In this document: positions 1 to 10,218 of the stretch, piece by piece
How positions within the stretch are numbered: the first letter of the stretch is position 1
How the letters are laid out: each line of letters begins with the position of its first letter
IMG/VR virus record: IMGVR_UViG_3300027842_000015
Coordinates: 2,099 to 66,098 of that record
DNA length: 64,000 nucleotides
From: a virus
Lineage: Duplodnaviria; Caudoviricetes
Direction: 5' to 3' (one strand)
Translations under genes and position numbers: made by a program
The notes under the pieces: model-generated
Told to the model about the DNA's origin: nothing
Databases searched by the model: none
What the model saw: the letters and a program-made list of their open reading frames with translations, nothing else

Positions 1-468
1 GGTTCCTAGGTCCTCGATCACGTAGGACCCCCAAGGTGCTAAGAATGGCAAAAGTGTCTTTAGTGACGTAATCTGGTGCTCACGTACATGTGAACCGTCA
101 TCCACGATCAAGTCGAACAAAGGCGCGTCTTGGTCAAATTTCGACAATACTTCGACAAGCTGGCGCGGGTTATTCTGGTCAGCAATAAATACGCTGATAC
201 GTTCCTCAGCATGCTTAAGACAATCGGCGTTGCTATCGATCCCTACGACATGGGCATTAGGGAAATATTCCTTCCACATCCGGAGGCTTGATCCGGCATG
301 AACACCAATCTCCAATACGTGTTTGACTTCATCACGGTCTTCCGCAAACAAGCTGTGATATACCGGGGTGTAATTATGATTGGTATCGCTATCGCCACCG
401 CCGTACCGGTAATGTTGGCCGCCTTTATCGGTTTCGTACTTTCGTGCAAGTTCACAAAGCGGGGTCAT
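1..468 (-). CDS. Class I SAM-dependent (sugar O-)methyltransferase, truncated by window edge
   Basis: Not in the ORF track; hand translation from ATG at 468 gives MTPLCELARKYETDKGG...HNYTPVY...VLEIGVHAGSSLRMWKEYFPNAHVVGID...FDLIVDDGSH...YVIEDL, the motifs of MycE/TylE-like sugar O-methyltransferases. Confidence 0.85.
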   Translation of the reverse strand, partial: MTPLCELARKYETDKGGQHYRYGGGDSDTNHNYTPVYHSLFAEDRDEVKHVLEIGVHAGSSLRMWKEYFPNAHVVGIDSNADCLKHAEERISVFIADQNNPRQLVEVLSKFDQDAPLFDLIVDDGSHVREHQITSLKTLLPFLAPWGSYVIEDLGT

Positions 469-1162
469 GTCTCACTCCTGGATAATTGTCTAGTTGAGAA
501 GCATCGTACTCGGCGGGGTACCATTGGAAAGGAAGCTTAGAATTTTGTTCGACCAAAGCCCAAATCGGCAAATCAAGTGGCACAGTCTTATGTCGAGAAA
601 TCCACTCTTTAAGGGTATTTTTGTACACAAGATCAATCGCCGGAATATAAGGGTCCGGCCAAATATGCGTAGAACCACAAAAGCGCCAGTTGTTGCAGTG
701 GGGATATACTGTTCCTCTTTCAGCAATTCCAGGGAATGGAATATAGTTCATTGATTTTTGCGATAGAGAAACACGAGCGAGAAAAGTTTTCACGCTATTT
801 TCAGTGACTGTATTATTACGCCACGCTCCCTGCTTCAAAATACCGTAATCCAACCAGCACCATACCTCTACATATGGGTGGGCTTTTGATGCTTGTTCCG
901 CCCAAGTCGTGCGCTGATGTTGCACAATGTGCGACATAACATTGACTTCAGGCGATGGATACCGATCCGCAGGCACTGGCATATCAGGTGGGAGACCCAC
1001 ACAATGAGGAAAAGCCCAACAATCCTCCAGCTTTCCACCTCCGACAAAAAACGTGTGACCCTCGCACGCCTTTGATAGCCGTTGCCCGAGTTCATGGTAT
1101 TGATCCTCCGACAGATGCTTAACAGGAAGAGGGATAAATCCAGTAACTACACCGACCTTCAT
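452..1162 (-). CDS. HtrL/YibB (WlaTC)-like putative glycosyltransferase, paralog 2
   Basis: VVTGFI N-terminus, WLDYG and WRFCGS motifs; paralogous to 1159-1821; start placed at the ATG overlapping the upstream stop. Confidence 0.6.
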   Translation of the reverse strand: MKVGVVTGFIPLPVKHLSEDQYHELGQRLSKACEGHTFFVGGGKLEDCWAFPHCVGLPPDMPVPADRYPSPEVNVMSHIVQHQRTTWAEQASKAHPYVEVWCWLDYGILKQGAWRNNTVTENSVKTFLARVSLSQKSMNYIPFPGIAERGTVYPHCNNWRFCGSTHIWPDPYIPAIDLVYKNTLKEWISRHKTVPLDLPIWALVEQNSKLPFQWYPAEYDASQLDNYPGVRHDPAL

Positions 1163-1821
1163 GGGGCACCTGTGAACATTGTTTCGTTGTGGTCTGCTTG
1201 ATACCACGCCATGGGCACTTGGTCAAGAAGTTCTAACCGTGCAAGAGTATTCACTTCCCATTCAACATTACGGGTCTCGCTTATTCGTCGTGCCGCGGTA
1301 CCCATGGCATACGCCGTAAACGGCTTTATCAGTGCACGAGGCACGACCATTACACCACCACAAAATCGCCAGCAGGGGTGTGCTGGATCGATATCTCGTT
1401 TCTTGGGCCAACAGCCGGGGAGTGTCACCTTGCCATAACTATCCACCCGGCTAAGGAATTTCTGAATTACCGGGGCGGTAATACTCGGAATATGCATAAT
1501 TCCGTAATCGATCCAAACAAACGTATCCGCAGTGTCCATAGAATGCGCAACACGCAACCACTCAAATTTCTGGTGCTGTACGGCATGATAAGCGAGTGTG
1601 TTCTTGTCCGGGTTATCTGAAACAGAATGGGATACATTTGGCACACCCCGTAGAAAGTTAGCAAGCCACGTATCTTGAACTTTCTGCTGGTCACTATCGA
1701 ACACAAGTGCTTCTACGTCGCCCAAGGACCCAAGTAATTGCTCACCGAGCGCCTTGTAATCGGTGGTTCCCCGAGGATGATTAGGGATATCGATATAACC
1801 CGTGACAACCTTTACTGCCAT
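1159..1821 (-). CDS. HtrL/YibB (WlaTC)-like putative glycosyltransferase, paralog 1
   Basis: VVTGYIDI, FVWIDYG and WRFCGG motifs typical of the HtrL/YibB family. Confidence 0.62.
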   Translation of the reverse strand: MAVKVVTGYIDIPNHPRGTTDYKALGEQLLGSLGDVEALVFDSDQQKVQDTWLANFLRGVPNVSHSVSDNPDKNTLAYHAVQHQKFEWLRVAHSMDTADTFVWIDYGIMHIPSITAPVIQKFLSRVDSYGKVTLPGCWPKKRDIDPAHPCWRFCGGVMVVPRALIKPFTAYAMGTAARRISETRNVEWEVNTLARLELLDQVPMAWYQADHNETMFTGAP

Positions 1822-3770
1822 AGCAAATCCCTTACCTCGTGCTCGTCTATAGTTGCAAGCCAAGCTTCTCGGTCAAGCACACCAAACGAGACTATGAACT
1901 TATCATTGTGGTGAGCAAGACCAGCAGCAAACTCAATTTGCTTTCCGAAGAACACAAACGGCTTCGACACCTTACGCAACACGTATTCTTTATCAAACCA
2001 TACAAACCGGTGTTGATAGTACCTCTTCCCATTTGTCGGGTCCGGACGTGCCTCATGAACGATTGCAATATACCCACCGTCAAACGGGACACATTGGCCA
2101 CCACCTGAAAACTGATCTACTGCAAGAATAGGTTCGTGTTTTACAACGAATTCTCCGTCACTTCTAACTACCCACCCAGGACGATACATGAACTTAAATC
2201 TTCTATCATCTAATATCGGCATCCAATTCTTTTCATTCTGTTTGGGTTCAACATCCATCCGGCGCCAATTAAATACCTCTCCAGTTTCTGGATTAATCTG
2301 CATACAAAATTGTTCGCGCCATGCATTGGAATTCTGTTCAAGAACGCATCCATTAGTCCAAAGTTCTCCATGCCAAGGGATAAGTCTCATATCCTCAACA
2401 TCGAGAATATCCTTGAATACCGGTGCAGGGAAACCGGTTGGACGTTGTAGTTCTACTACTTTTCCGACCACAAAATCCAGGCTAAAATCAGCCAAATAGT
2501 TAGTGGTGCGAATAGCATGATTGCCATTATAATCGTAGCTACCATCGGGTCTAATCCTATAGCTTACTGTACGCACGATTGCCTTGATCTTATCATCCAC
2601 AATCGCCACAGACGGATTTGAATTCACGAACTTGCTATCCGGATTTACCTCCGGAATTCTATAAGCCTTGAAAGACGGCGTGTAATTCTTAAGCGGTTGC
2701 AAATACCAGAACACGTTCCGCCTAGCAGTCTCACGGACAACATCGGGCACCTTGCGCATAAGGGAAAGATTATCAGCAGCAGAAAAGCCAATATCACGTG
2801 TCTTATCATTATATGCCCCCAGTATAGACAGTTCTTCCATGAACCCATAATCATACACATGTTCCTCGACAAATAACAAATCTCCAGGCTTCTTTATCTT
2901 TGACCCAGCTTGGGCAAAAAGCCAGCCGGTTTGTTGTGCGTCCTTTTGTTCTCGATAGTGCCTAGCAAGATCATAAAGCGGTTCCGCACGAGAAGGGCGG
3001 TCGTTATATGCATTCAACGCCCAACGTATAAATTCCCCTTCTTCACCCAAAGCACGATAACATCGTGCAATAGCTAGTCGGGCGTACCAGACTTCTTCGT
3101 CCCACCCTCCAACGTCAACTCGGCGTCGGTAGAATTCGATCGCCCGGGTATGGTCACCACTGTCACGATAAGTCTGGGCAAGATAAAATAGAGTGCGCCC
3201 GTCGTTAGGGTGGATACCAAGATACTCAGTAAGAAGTCGTGTATCACGCTCATATTTGTCACTCCTGTTAGAACCCGTAGCATGATCTCGGAACCACCAA
3301 CAGTCAGTCGGTAACTTAGCCGGTGGTGCGTCAAGATATTCGTGCGTTACACCATGATACTTACGATCCGAGCCCTTTCGCAAAAGTCTTGCATTGTAAT
3401 ACGCAAGCGATCCTTGACGCTGCAAAAGGCTATAACACTCTTCGGTAAGTTTTGGTAGCGGTCCATCGACTACCAGTTCCATGTCTGCATCGCAGAACAT
3501 TATGTAGTCAAACCCTGCGTGAAAACGTTGCGCATAAAACAACGCCTTATTGCGGGCTTGCTCAAAATTCTTGAACTCACCACCTACAATTTGATGGGGG
3601 ATACTATACTTGTTAAACATCTCCCGCATGAACGCTTGCGATCCATCTGTGGACCCAGTGTCAAAAATTACCGCGGCGGTAATATGTGGGCACACACTCG
3701 CAAGCATGCGAGGTAGGTTCGAGATTTCATTCTTGATTATGGCATTAAGACAAATGCGTGGCTGCGGCAT
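1812..3770 (-). CDS. GT2 glycosyltransferase + TPR + C-terminal glycoside-hydrolase-like beta-propeller
   Basis: IIKNE, DTGSTDGS, DAD, HE motifs; TPR-like FYLAQTYRD and YARLAIARCY; C-terminal NPSV, EDMRL, EKNWMP motifs. Confidence 0.85.
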   Translation of the reverse strand: MPQPRICLNAIIKNEISNLPRMLASVCPHITAAVIFDTGSTDGSQAFMREMFNKYSIPHQIVGGEFKNFEQARNKALFYAQRFHAGFDYIMFCDADMELVVDGPLPKLTEECYSLLQRQGSLAYYNARLLRKGSDRKYHGVTHEYLDAPPAKLPTDCWWFRDHATGSNRSDKYERDTRLLTEYLGIHPNDGRTLFYLAQTYRDSGDHTRAIEFYRRRVDVGGWDEEVWYARLAIARCYRALGEEGEFIRWALNAYNDRPSRAEPLYDLARHYREQKDAQQTGWLFAQAGSKIKKPGDLLFVEEHVYDYGFMEELSILGAYNDKTRDIGFSAADNLSLMRKVPDVVRETARRNVFWYLQPLKNYTPSFKAYRIPEVNPDSKFVNSNPSVAIVDDKIKAIVRTVSYRIRPDGSYDYNGNHAIRTTNYLADFSLDFVVGKVVELQRPTGFPAPVFKDILDVEDMRLIPWHGELWTNGCVLEQNSNAWREQFCMQINPETGEVFNWRRMDVEPKQNEKNWMPILDDRRFKFMYRPGWVVRSDGEFVVKHEPILAVDQFSGGGQCVPFDGGYIAIVHEARPDPTNGKRYYQHRFVWFDKEYVLRKVSKPFVFFGKQIEFAAGLAHHNDKFIVSFGVLDREAWLATIDEHEVRDLLWQ

Positions 3771-3802
3771 GGAGTGGGGCTCCTGTTTCGCTATGTAATG
3801 CC

Positions 3803-4672
3803 TTATCCAGAAGAGATTGTCAAGGTCCCTTGCAAGGCATTCACACCAGTCGCACCGGGCGCAGCACCATCATAGAACGTGTCAGTATAATCAAGGTTCG
3901 AGACCAATTTAAACCATACTGCACCGTTGATATGTGGGTCCCAAGTCGGCGGGATGAACAGCCCTCCCGTGGGACCGGTGACACCTTGAAGCGTATCCGC
4001 CCCATTAGCACCATCCCAAGCGCCACTGCCACCACTAGCAGTAATCCGGCGCACCGTTAGAAATGCGCCAAACACACCTGGGCCAGTAGGTCCAGTAGGA
4101 CCGGTAAATCCAGTCGCACCGGTAACTCCAGGCCCAGTTGGACCAGTTCCCGGCCCAGTAGGTCCAGTAAACCCAGTCGGCAGAGTAGCACCGGAAGCAG
4201 TAGGTCCAGTAGGTCCAGAGTTACCATAAAGACCAGTAGGACCAGTCCACCCTGCACGAGCAGTAGGTCCAGTTGGCCCAGTTGGACCAGTAGAATTGGT
4301 ACCAGAAGGACCGGTTGGGCCAGAAATACCTTGTGCACCGGTAGGCGTAGTAAGGAAAAACCCTGTCGGACCTGCAACGCCAGTAGGCCCAGTAGGACCA
4401 GTAGACGGACCAGTATTTCCTGTATTCCCCGTGAAACCAGTTTTCCCAGTAGGACCAGCAGGGGCCGCGCCGGTAGGACCAGTTGAACCTGTCTTACCAG
4501 TAGGGCCAGTCGGGCCACCAACATTAGTAAAGCCAGCCGTGCAACCGCCAAGATTGACGATATCCACAACCTGCTTCATAATGTCGCGGATGTACCCACC
4601 CCACGCCTTATCGTAATTTCGCGCGGAACGAATGCCAGGACCGTTAAATGCGCCAGTAGCACCGGTTGCCAT
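3803..4672 (-). CDS. Collagen-like (Gly-X-Thr) virion fibre/decoration protein
   Basis: Long GPT/GxT run; C-terminal [12 protein letters not shown]; paralog of 4685-5302. Confidence 0.8.
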   Translation of the reverse strand: MATGATGAFNGPGIRSARNYDKAWGGYIRDIMKQVVDIVNLGGCTAGFTNVGGPTGPTGKTGSTGPTGAAPAGPTGKTGFTGNTGNTGPSTGPTGPTGVAGPTGFFLTTPTGAQGISGPTGPSGTNSTGPTGPTGPTARAGWTGPTGLYGNSGPTGPTASGATLPTGFTGPTGPGTGPTGPGVTGATGFTGPTGPTGPGVFGAFLTVRRITASGGSGAWDGANGADTLQGVTGPTGGLFIPPTWDPHINGAVWFKLVSNLDYTDTFYDGAAPGATGVNALQGTLTISSG

Positions 4673-4684
4673 TCCAATCTCCTA

Positions 4685-5302
4685 TTAACCAGCCGAGACG
4701 GTCAGCACACCTGCGTTGCTCCAAACCGCGCCCTTGATATGTGGATCGCTGGTTGGCGCTACAAAGAGCCAATTACCGCCCGCAGCACCGGTAGCACCAG
4801 TCGGTCCGGTCGCCCCAGTATTCGCACCAGTCGGGCCAGTCGCCGGGCTAGGACCGGTTGGGCCAGTAGGACCAGTAGGACCGGTCGAAGGACCAGTTAC
4901 GCCAGTCGGGCCGGTCTGACCAGTCGGGCCGGTTGGCCCATTAGTCGCAGCGGGACCAGCCTGTCCCGTAGGACCAGTCATACCAGTAGCAGAAAGACCG
5001 GTGACGCCAGTAGGTCCAGTTGGACCAGTTGGTCCACCCGCCGGTCCCGTGGGACCAGTAACGCCAGTGTAACCAGTTGCAGGAGATGGACCAGTCGGTC
5101 CAGTATTACCAGTTGGTCCAGTCGGACCAGTAGGTCCGGTCGTACCAGTAGCACCACCGGTTGGGCCAGTAGGACCAGTATTCGCCTGCGGGCCAGTTGG
5201 ACCGCCAATGTTACCCGCATTGATCGCGTCCACAACCTGCTTAAGAACAGGGCCGATCGTCTGCAAATCGTAGAAACGCGAACTGCGAATGTTGTAGGTC
5301 AT
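4685..5302 (-). CDS. Collagen-like (Gly-X-Thr) virion fibre/decoration protein
   Basis: GPT repeats; N-terminal KQVVDAIN and C-terminal [12 protein letters not shown] shared with 3803-4672. Confidence 0.8.
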   Translation of the reverse strand: MTYNIRSSRFYDLQTIGPVLKQVVDAINAGNIGGPTGPQANTGPTGPTGGATGTTGPTGPTGPTGNTGPTGPSPATGYTGVTGPTGPAGGPTGPTGPTGVTGLSATGMTGPTGQAGPAATNGPTGPTGQTGPTGVTGPSTGPTGPTGPTGPSPATGPTGANTGATGPTGATGAAGGNWLFVAPTSDPHIKGAVWSNAGVLTVSAG

Positions 5303-5360
5303 GATCCTGTCTCCGAAGAATTCTTCACCTTGGTCTTACTTGGTCCAGGTAAACATACCG

Positions 5361-5735
5361 TTAGGGACGAATTTCCCAATCTACTGCACCGACCAAAGTT
5401 GGTGGACTTCCCTGAGTAAACAGAGTACCACAATTCAAATCCGTAGTTAGTGCATAAGCCAAACCGTTAACAAACTTCAGACCAGCCACAAAAGTAGCAT
5501 CAAATTGGCAAGTTCCTTGCCCAGCCGTCGCAGCAAATGGGCAACCAAATTTCCAATTTGGTTTATCAGTACCAATAATAGGAAGACGCCCAAGATCATA
5601 AAGCGCAAGAACGGCAAGAATAGTGCCGTGGTTATACATAGAAACCGCATTAACCTTGCCAAAACCAATATGGACCAAATTAGGACCAGACGATCCAGAA
5701 AGATCAATCGGAGCAAAACCAAAAACGTTAGACAT
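5361..5735 (-). CDS. Hypothetical beta-rich virion protein (possible head decoration)
   Basis: RBS GGGAG; directly downstream of portal. Confidence 0.55.
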   Translation of the reverse strand: MSNVFGFAPIDLSGSSGPNLVHIGFGKVNAVSMYNHGTILAVLALYDLGRLPIIGTDKPNWKFGCPFAATAGQGTCQFDATFVAGLKFVNGLAYALTTDLNCGTLFTQGSPPTLVGAVDWEIRP

Positions 5736-5746
5736 AGCTATCTCCC

Positions 5747-8110
5747 TTAACCGGCGCCACCTTGAATAGGTATAGCTCCAGGACCTTTAGAATTCCCTAC
5801 TGTCGCAGTTTGTGGTCCCATATGGTTCGTACTCAACTGGCTTGGGCGTGAACCTTGGGCGCGGGCAGCGGCATGCGCCGGGCTTGAAGGCGGTCCTTGG
5901 GGCGCAGAGGGCTTTCCTGGCCCACCAGATTGGCCCTGAGAACCTCCTGGTGCCGGTTGGCCCGGCCCCCCACTTTGGCCGTCCCCTCCTGGAGCGGTCC
6001 CCAAGTGGACTGGCGGACCTAACGGCAAACGCTCATCCTGCGCCAACTGACCGGCAGTAAGCTCTTTAGTAATCTGCTGCACACCGGCCTGGACACCCGC
6101 CTGAACACCCTTGGAAACAGCCTGGGCTGCGGCGGCCGATTGTGCATTGTCTTGCTCTGCTTTCTGCATTTGGTCGAGTTTGTCATCATCCGGAACGATA
6201 TCTTCGCCGCAGAGGCCAATCGTGCTCGACACTGCCCGCAGAACTTGGCCGCGACCCTTAAGCCCAACAATCTTCTGATCAACCGGGTTAGCAGTCGCCT
6301 GAAGGAACTCGATCTGGCGTTGACGCTGCGTCTCACGCTGGATTGCGACGTTCACACCTTGGACGCTCACCCTCTCCTCGCCAGTAAGCAAGCCACTCGT
6401 GTCGGTTAGCAAAATAAGATCGAAAAGCTGAAGCAGTGCTAGCTCCATCACTTCTCGGTCTACATTGGCGGATACAGTTTGAAGGATTTTTGATGCGTTG
6501 CCCATGAGCATCGCGAGCCCACTCGCCGTCCGGCCCGCGTTTCCACCAGCTTGTCCACCTATGTATTTTGGTATCGCGGATACATCGTCCGCCACTTCGG
6601 TCAAATACTGGAGCACCTTGACCAGCTTGTCCGAATTGTCCATAGGTTGGAAGAACCCCATAGGCTCCCGGGTCGCGGTTGTTCCAGTCAGGTAATTCTT
6701 GCGGATGTGCCACCGTTTCCATGGGAACATATCCTCTGTGTTCTCGTTAGGGTCCATCTGATCATCATCGATCCACACCTGAGGACCAGACGCAATCGAA
6801 AGATTATTGATCAGCGAGCGCATCGTCGCGTTGGATGCTTCTTGGATATCGGAAAGGAGGTCGGTAAGTCCATTCCCCAATGGCGTTCCAGGCACCTTTT
6901 CAAACGACGTAATGAAATAAGGATGTCGCATACGGGGAGACGGCGAAAGCTGCGCCTTGATAACGTGAGAACCAATACACCAGACCTGAACGTGATAGTC
7001 TCGGAGTTCATCTTGCACTGCCAGCCCATAGTCTTGAAGAACTCGACCTTGGACATTACCATTAAACTCCATCATCGACAGCATGCCAGACCGGTTCCAA
7101 GCAGGATTTTCTCTGCTCTCAAGAACAGCCCGTTCAGCATCCGTCAGGTCCCAATTGTCATATAGACCACCGCGTCCATATTCATCAAGAACTGCCTGAA
7201 TTTCAGCAGTGTTATATCCAGGCAAACCAAGAAGTTCATTCAATTCAGCACGGGTAACTTGCTTCTTCTCGATGATGTTCGCGTTCTCAATCGAAGCAAC
7301 GCCTGGGGTCCACCACAAATCAAAAGGCGACACGCGCTCCCACGTCAACGTAGGCTTCATCTGAACGGTAGGCTGGCCTTGACCATTTTGGGGCCATGTT
7401 ACCGTTGGCACCATCCTGACGATTGGGCCTTTGATACAAGCAAACGGGAAAATTGGAAGATCAACAAGGAATTCAGCAAGAGCATGATAAAAACCGCCTT
7501 CCCTAAGAATTTCATCAATCTTATCCTCACTATCCCGTGCTTGATCGCTTGCTTTCTTTTTGGCCGCATCCGTAGCACTTTCAAGAAGTGCCATCTTACG
7601 CTTCTGCACGTCAACAGGTGATGGTGGTTGACCCATAGTCTGTTGGATCATTCCCGCTTCTTGCTGGACCAATTGGTCAATTTTTTGTTTAATTTCATCA
7701 GGAATTTGCGGGTCACTAGTCGGTTTCAATCCCCATGGCCGATCCGGACCCAGATAAATATCCCGCAAAAGAGAACTAGCTGCTCTACATTTTTGCGCAA
7801 TCATACGCATATAGACTTCAGACCCACCCCAACGGCGTATCTGTTGTAGCTTTGTCGCGTCATATTGTCCGTTAAAGGCGCGTAAAGCTATCAAAAGACG
7901 TTCAGACCAACCACTTTGTGTGTTACGATGGTTCCGGAATATCTCGTATTGCCCCTTGATATAAGACACCAAGGTTGACACATCCGGTTGCATCTGCGAT
8001 TGTGCATTGGAATTGGCCTGCGCCTGCATAGACGCCTGCTTCTGTTGCTGGGCATCTAAAATAGCAGGGGGGACGACTTGAATTACACCGTTTTGCCCGA
8101 GAGCAGCCAT
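5747..8110 (-). CDS. Portal protein
   Basis: 787 aa; RVSPFDLWW, HPYF...GNGL, RTASGLAMLM segments typical of podovirus-type portals; next to terminase. Confidence 0.85.
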   Translation of the reverse strand: MAALGQNGVIQVVPPAILDAQQQKQASMQAQANSNAQSQMQPDVSTLVSYIKGQYEIFRNHRNTQSGWSERLLIALRAFNGQYDATKLQQIRRWGGSEVYMRMIAQKCRAASSLLRDIYLGPDRPWGLKPTSDPQIPDEIKQKIDQLVQQEAGMIQQTMGQPPSPVDVQKRKMALLESATDAAKKKASDQARDSEDKIDEILREGGFYHALAEFLVDLPIFPFACIKGPIVRMVPTVTWPQNGQGQPTVQMKPTLTWERVSPFDLWWTPGVASIENANIIEKKQVTRAELNELLGLPGYNTAEIQAVLDEYGRGGLYDNWDLTDAERAVLESRENPAWNRSGMLSMMEFNGNVQGRVLQDYGLAVQDELRDYHVQVWCIGSHVIKAQLSPSPRMRHPYFITSFEKVPGTPLGNGLTDLLSDIQEASNATMRSLINNLSIASGPQVWIDDDQMDPNENTEDMFPWKRWHIRKNYLTGTTATREPMGFFQPMDNSDKLVKVLQYLTEVADDVSAIPKYIGGQAGGNAGRTASGLAMLMGNASKILQTVSANVDREVMELALLQLFDLILLTDTSGLLTGEERVSVQGVNVAIQRETQRQRQIEFLQATANPVDQKIVGLKGRGQVLRAVSSTIGLCGEDIVPDDDKLDQMQKAEQDNAQSAAAAQAVSKGVQAGVQAGVQQITKELTAGQLAQDERLPLGPPVHLGTAPGGDGQSGGPGQPAPGGSQGQSGGPGKPSAPQGPPSSPAHAAARAQGSRPSQLSTNHMGPQTATVGNSKGPGAIPIQGGAG

Positions 8111-8147
8111 GAAGAAATCCTTAGGGGAAATAGGTTAAGAACTCGTC

Positions 8148-8690
8148 ATGACCCAGATCGTACCCACAGTACCTATTACCGTCCCGGTAATTGAAGGCGC
8201 ACCACAACTTACCATTGTTCTAGTCGCTGGTCTAGCTAGAGAAATTGCAATGGGTATTCGGGAGCTACCCGATATCCTTGAGACCTACAAGCTATCGCCA
8301 GCAGCTTACGAAAAACTTAAGGATCACGAGGTCTTCATAAAGCTGGTTGACAGCGCCCGGATTGAATGGCATGCTGCGACCAATACCCCAGGGAGAACCC
8401 AGATAGAAGCAGCGGCCGCCCTCGAACAGGCTATCCCGGTGGCCTACGCAAGAGCTATAAGCGGCAATGAGGCGATGAACCATGTCACCGATTTCCTCAA
8501 ACTTCTCGCAGATATCGGAGGCGTCAGAAAGGACCCAAGCAAAGCTTCCCCAGGCGAACGGTTCCAAATCAACATCAATCTTGGGGCCGATACGACAATC
8601 TCACTCGATGGGTCTAAGATGCCCATCTCCGGTGATCCAGTCCTCCAGGCCCTTCCGGTGCCTGAGGTTGATAAAGAGGAACGCGTGTAG
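8148..8690 (+). CDS. Putative terminase small subunit
   Basis: First gene of the terminase cassette; helical with C-terminal FQININLG strand. Confidence 0.5.
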   Translation: MTQIVPTVPITVPVIEGAPQLTIVLVAGLAREIAMGIRELPDILETYKLSPAAYEKLKDHEVFIKLVDSARIEWHAATNTPGRTQIEAAAALEQAIPVAYARAISGNEAMNHVTDFLKLLADIGGVRKDPSKASPGERFQININLGADTTISLDGSKMPISGDPVLQALPVPEVDKEERV

Positions 8691-9145
8691 TGGCTTATAA
8701 TACAAAAGAAAAAGAGCTAGAATATCGTCGCAAACGAAGAGAACAAATACGTAATGATCCTGAATTACGAGCTAGATACGCGGCATATGTAAGAAAATAT
8801 AGGCATACACTAAAGGGGAAAGCCACGATACATAAATATCGTCAAACAAGTCCTTTGTATAAAGAACAAGTACGAAGACGGGCTACATATCCAAACGGAA
8901 TAGCAAAACGACAAAGAGCGTATCAATCCGAAGCTGGAAGAGAAAAATCAAGACGAAGTTCAGCGCTATGGAAACAACGACACCCAAAAGAACATAAAAT
9001 TAGAAATCGTGAATATTATATAACAAATCGAGAACGTATACTTGCCCAAAAAAGAGAATATAACTTGTTACATATGGAAGAACGACGCGCCAAAGAAAGA
9101 GAAAGGTACTGGATATGTCGCCAAAATCCACAACCGACTTGCTAA
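8690..9145 (+). CDS. Basic Arg/Lys/Tyr-rich helical protein (possible homing-endonuclease remnant)
   Basis: AT-rich DNA, repetitive REY/RKY helices, no nuclease motif. Confidence 0.45.
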   Translation: MAYNTKEKELEYRRKRREQIRNDPELRARYAAYVRKYRHTLKGKATIHKYRQTSPLYKEQVRRRATYPNGIAKRQRAYQSEAGREKSRRSSALWKQRHPKEHKIRNREYYITNRERILAQKREYNLLHMEERRAKERERYWICRQNPQPTC

Positions 9146-10218
9146 ACGATGCTAATGAAGTTATTCGTCGTCAAGGAAATGAAATCACTGGGCTTAAATC
9201 AACATTACGAAATGTTCAACGCGATGCTGATACTGCGGAAGAAATCCGTAAGGTAATCTTCCAAATCACTGAACATGACCCCAAACCGCCAGCGTGGGTA
9301 ACCGGATCAGGAGGACATAGTGGGCAACGTGGTTCTCCATGTACAATTTGGTCAGATTGGCATTATGGGGAAGTCATTGATCCATCTCAAGTAGGCGGCG
9401 CCAACAAATTCAATGCTGATATAGCCAAAAAGCGCGCGGAGAAGTTAGTCAACACTACTATCGATCTTTGTTACAACCACATGGGACGTGCTAAAGCTGT
9501 GTATCCTGGTATTGTAGTGTGTCTCGGCGGTGATATGATCGGAGGCAACATTCATGAAGAACTTGCGGAAACGAATGACCGCACGCCGATGCAAGCAGTT
9601 AACGATCTCACTGACTTGCTCGCCGGATGTATCGACACTATGGCCTCCAAATTCGGAAATGTTTTCCTCCCCTCAGTTGTCGGCAATCATGGACGTACTA
9701 CGCCGAAACCCCGTCTCAAGAGCGCCGTCTTCCACTCATATGATTGGGGTATCTATTGCAACCTTACAAGATGTTTTAAGGGAAATAAACACGTCCAGTT
9801 CATGATCCCCAATGAGATCGATGCACGCTTCAACGTGTACGGACATAGATATCTTCTCACTCATGGGGACAACTTAGGTGTCAAAGGCGGCGATGGGATC
9901 ATTGGCGCTATCGGGCCAATCATGCGCGGTAGCCTTAAGGTCCATGCCTCAGAAGCCGAAATCGGTCGCGATTTTGACACCGCCCTTATTTGTCACTGGC
10001 ATCAGTACATCACCTTACCGGGCTTAATCGTCAACAATGCTCTCAAAGGCTATGACGAGTACGCCCGACTTAGGCTACGAGCCAAATATAGCCGCCCCTC
10101 TCAGGCACTGTGGTTTACCCACCCGGAACACGGTATTACTGCCCACTGGCAAGTATACCTTGAACCTAAATTCAAAAAGGAAGAGGCATCCAAATCCTGG
10201 GTGTCCTGGAAAGCATAA
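9115..10218 (+). CDS. Calcineurin-like metallophosphoesterase
   Basis: SDWHYGE, GGDMI, GNHG, HGD and CHWH metal-binding motifs. Confidence 0.8.
   Translation: MSPKSTTDLLNDANEVIRRQGNEITGLKSTLRNVQRDADTAEEIRKVIFQITEHDPKPPAWVTGSGGHSGQRGSPCTIWSDWHYGEVIDPSQVGGANKFNADIAKKRAEKLVNTTIDLCYNHMGRAKAVYPGIVVCLGGDMIGGNIHEELAETNDRTPMQAVNDLTDLLAGCIDTMASKFGNVFLPSVVGNHGRTTPKPRLKSAVFHSYDWGIYCNLTRCFKGNKHVQFMIPNEIDARFNVYGHRYLLTHGDNLGVKGGDGIIGAIGPIMRGSLKVHASEAEIGRDFDTALICHWHQYITLPGLIVNNALKGYDEYARLRLRAKYSRPSQALWFTHPEHGITAHWQVYLEPKFKKEEASKSWVSWKA

Noticed and set aside
4057-5419. Alternative-frame and antisense ORFs over collagen genes (PVG and LLV repeats), also at 57490-59720
   Set aside because: Shadow frames of the 9-bp periodic GxT coding repeats; no RBS or independent features
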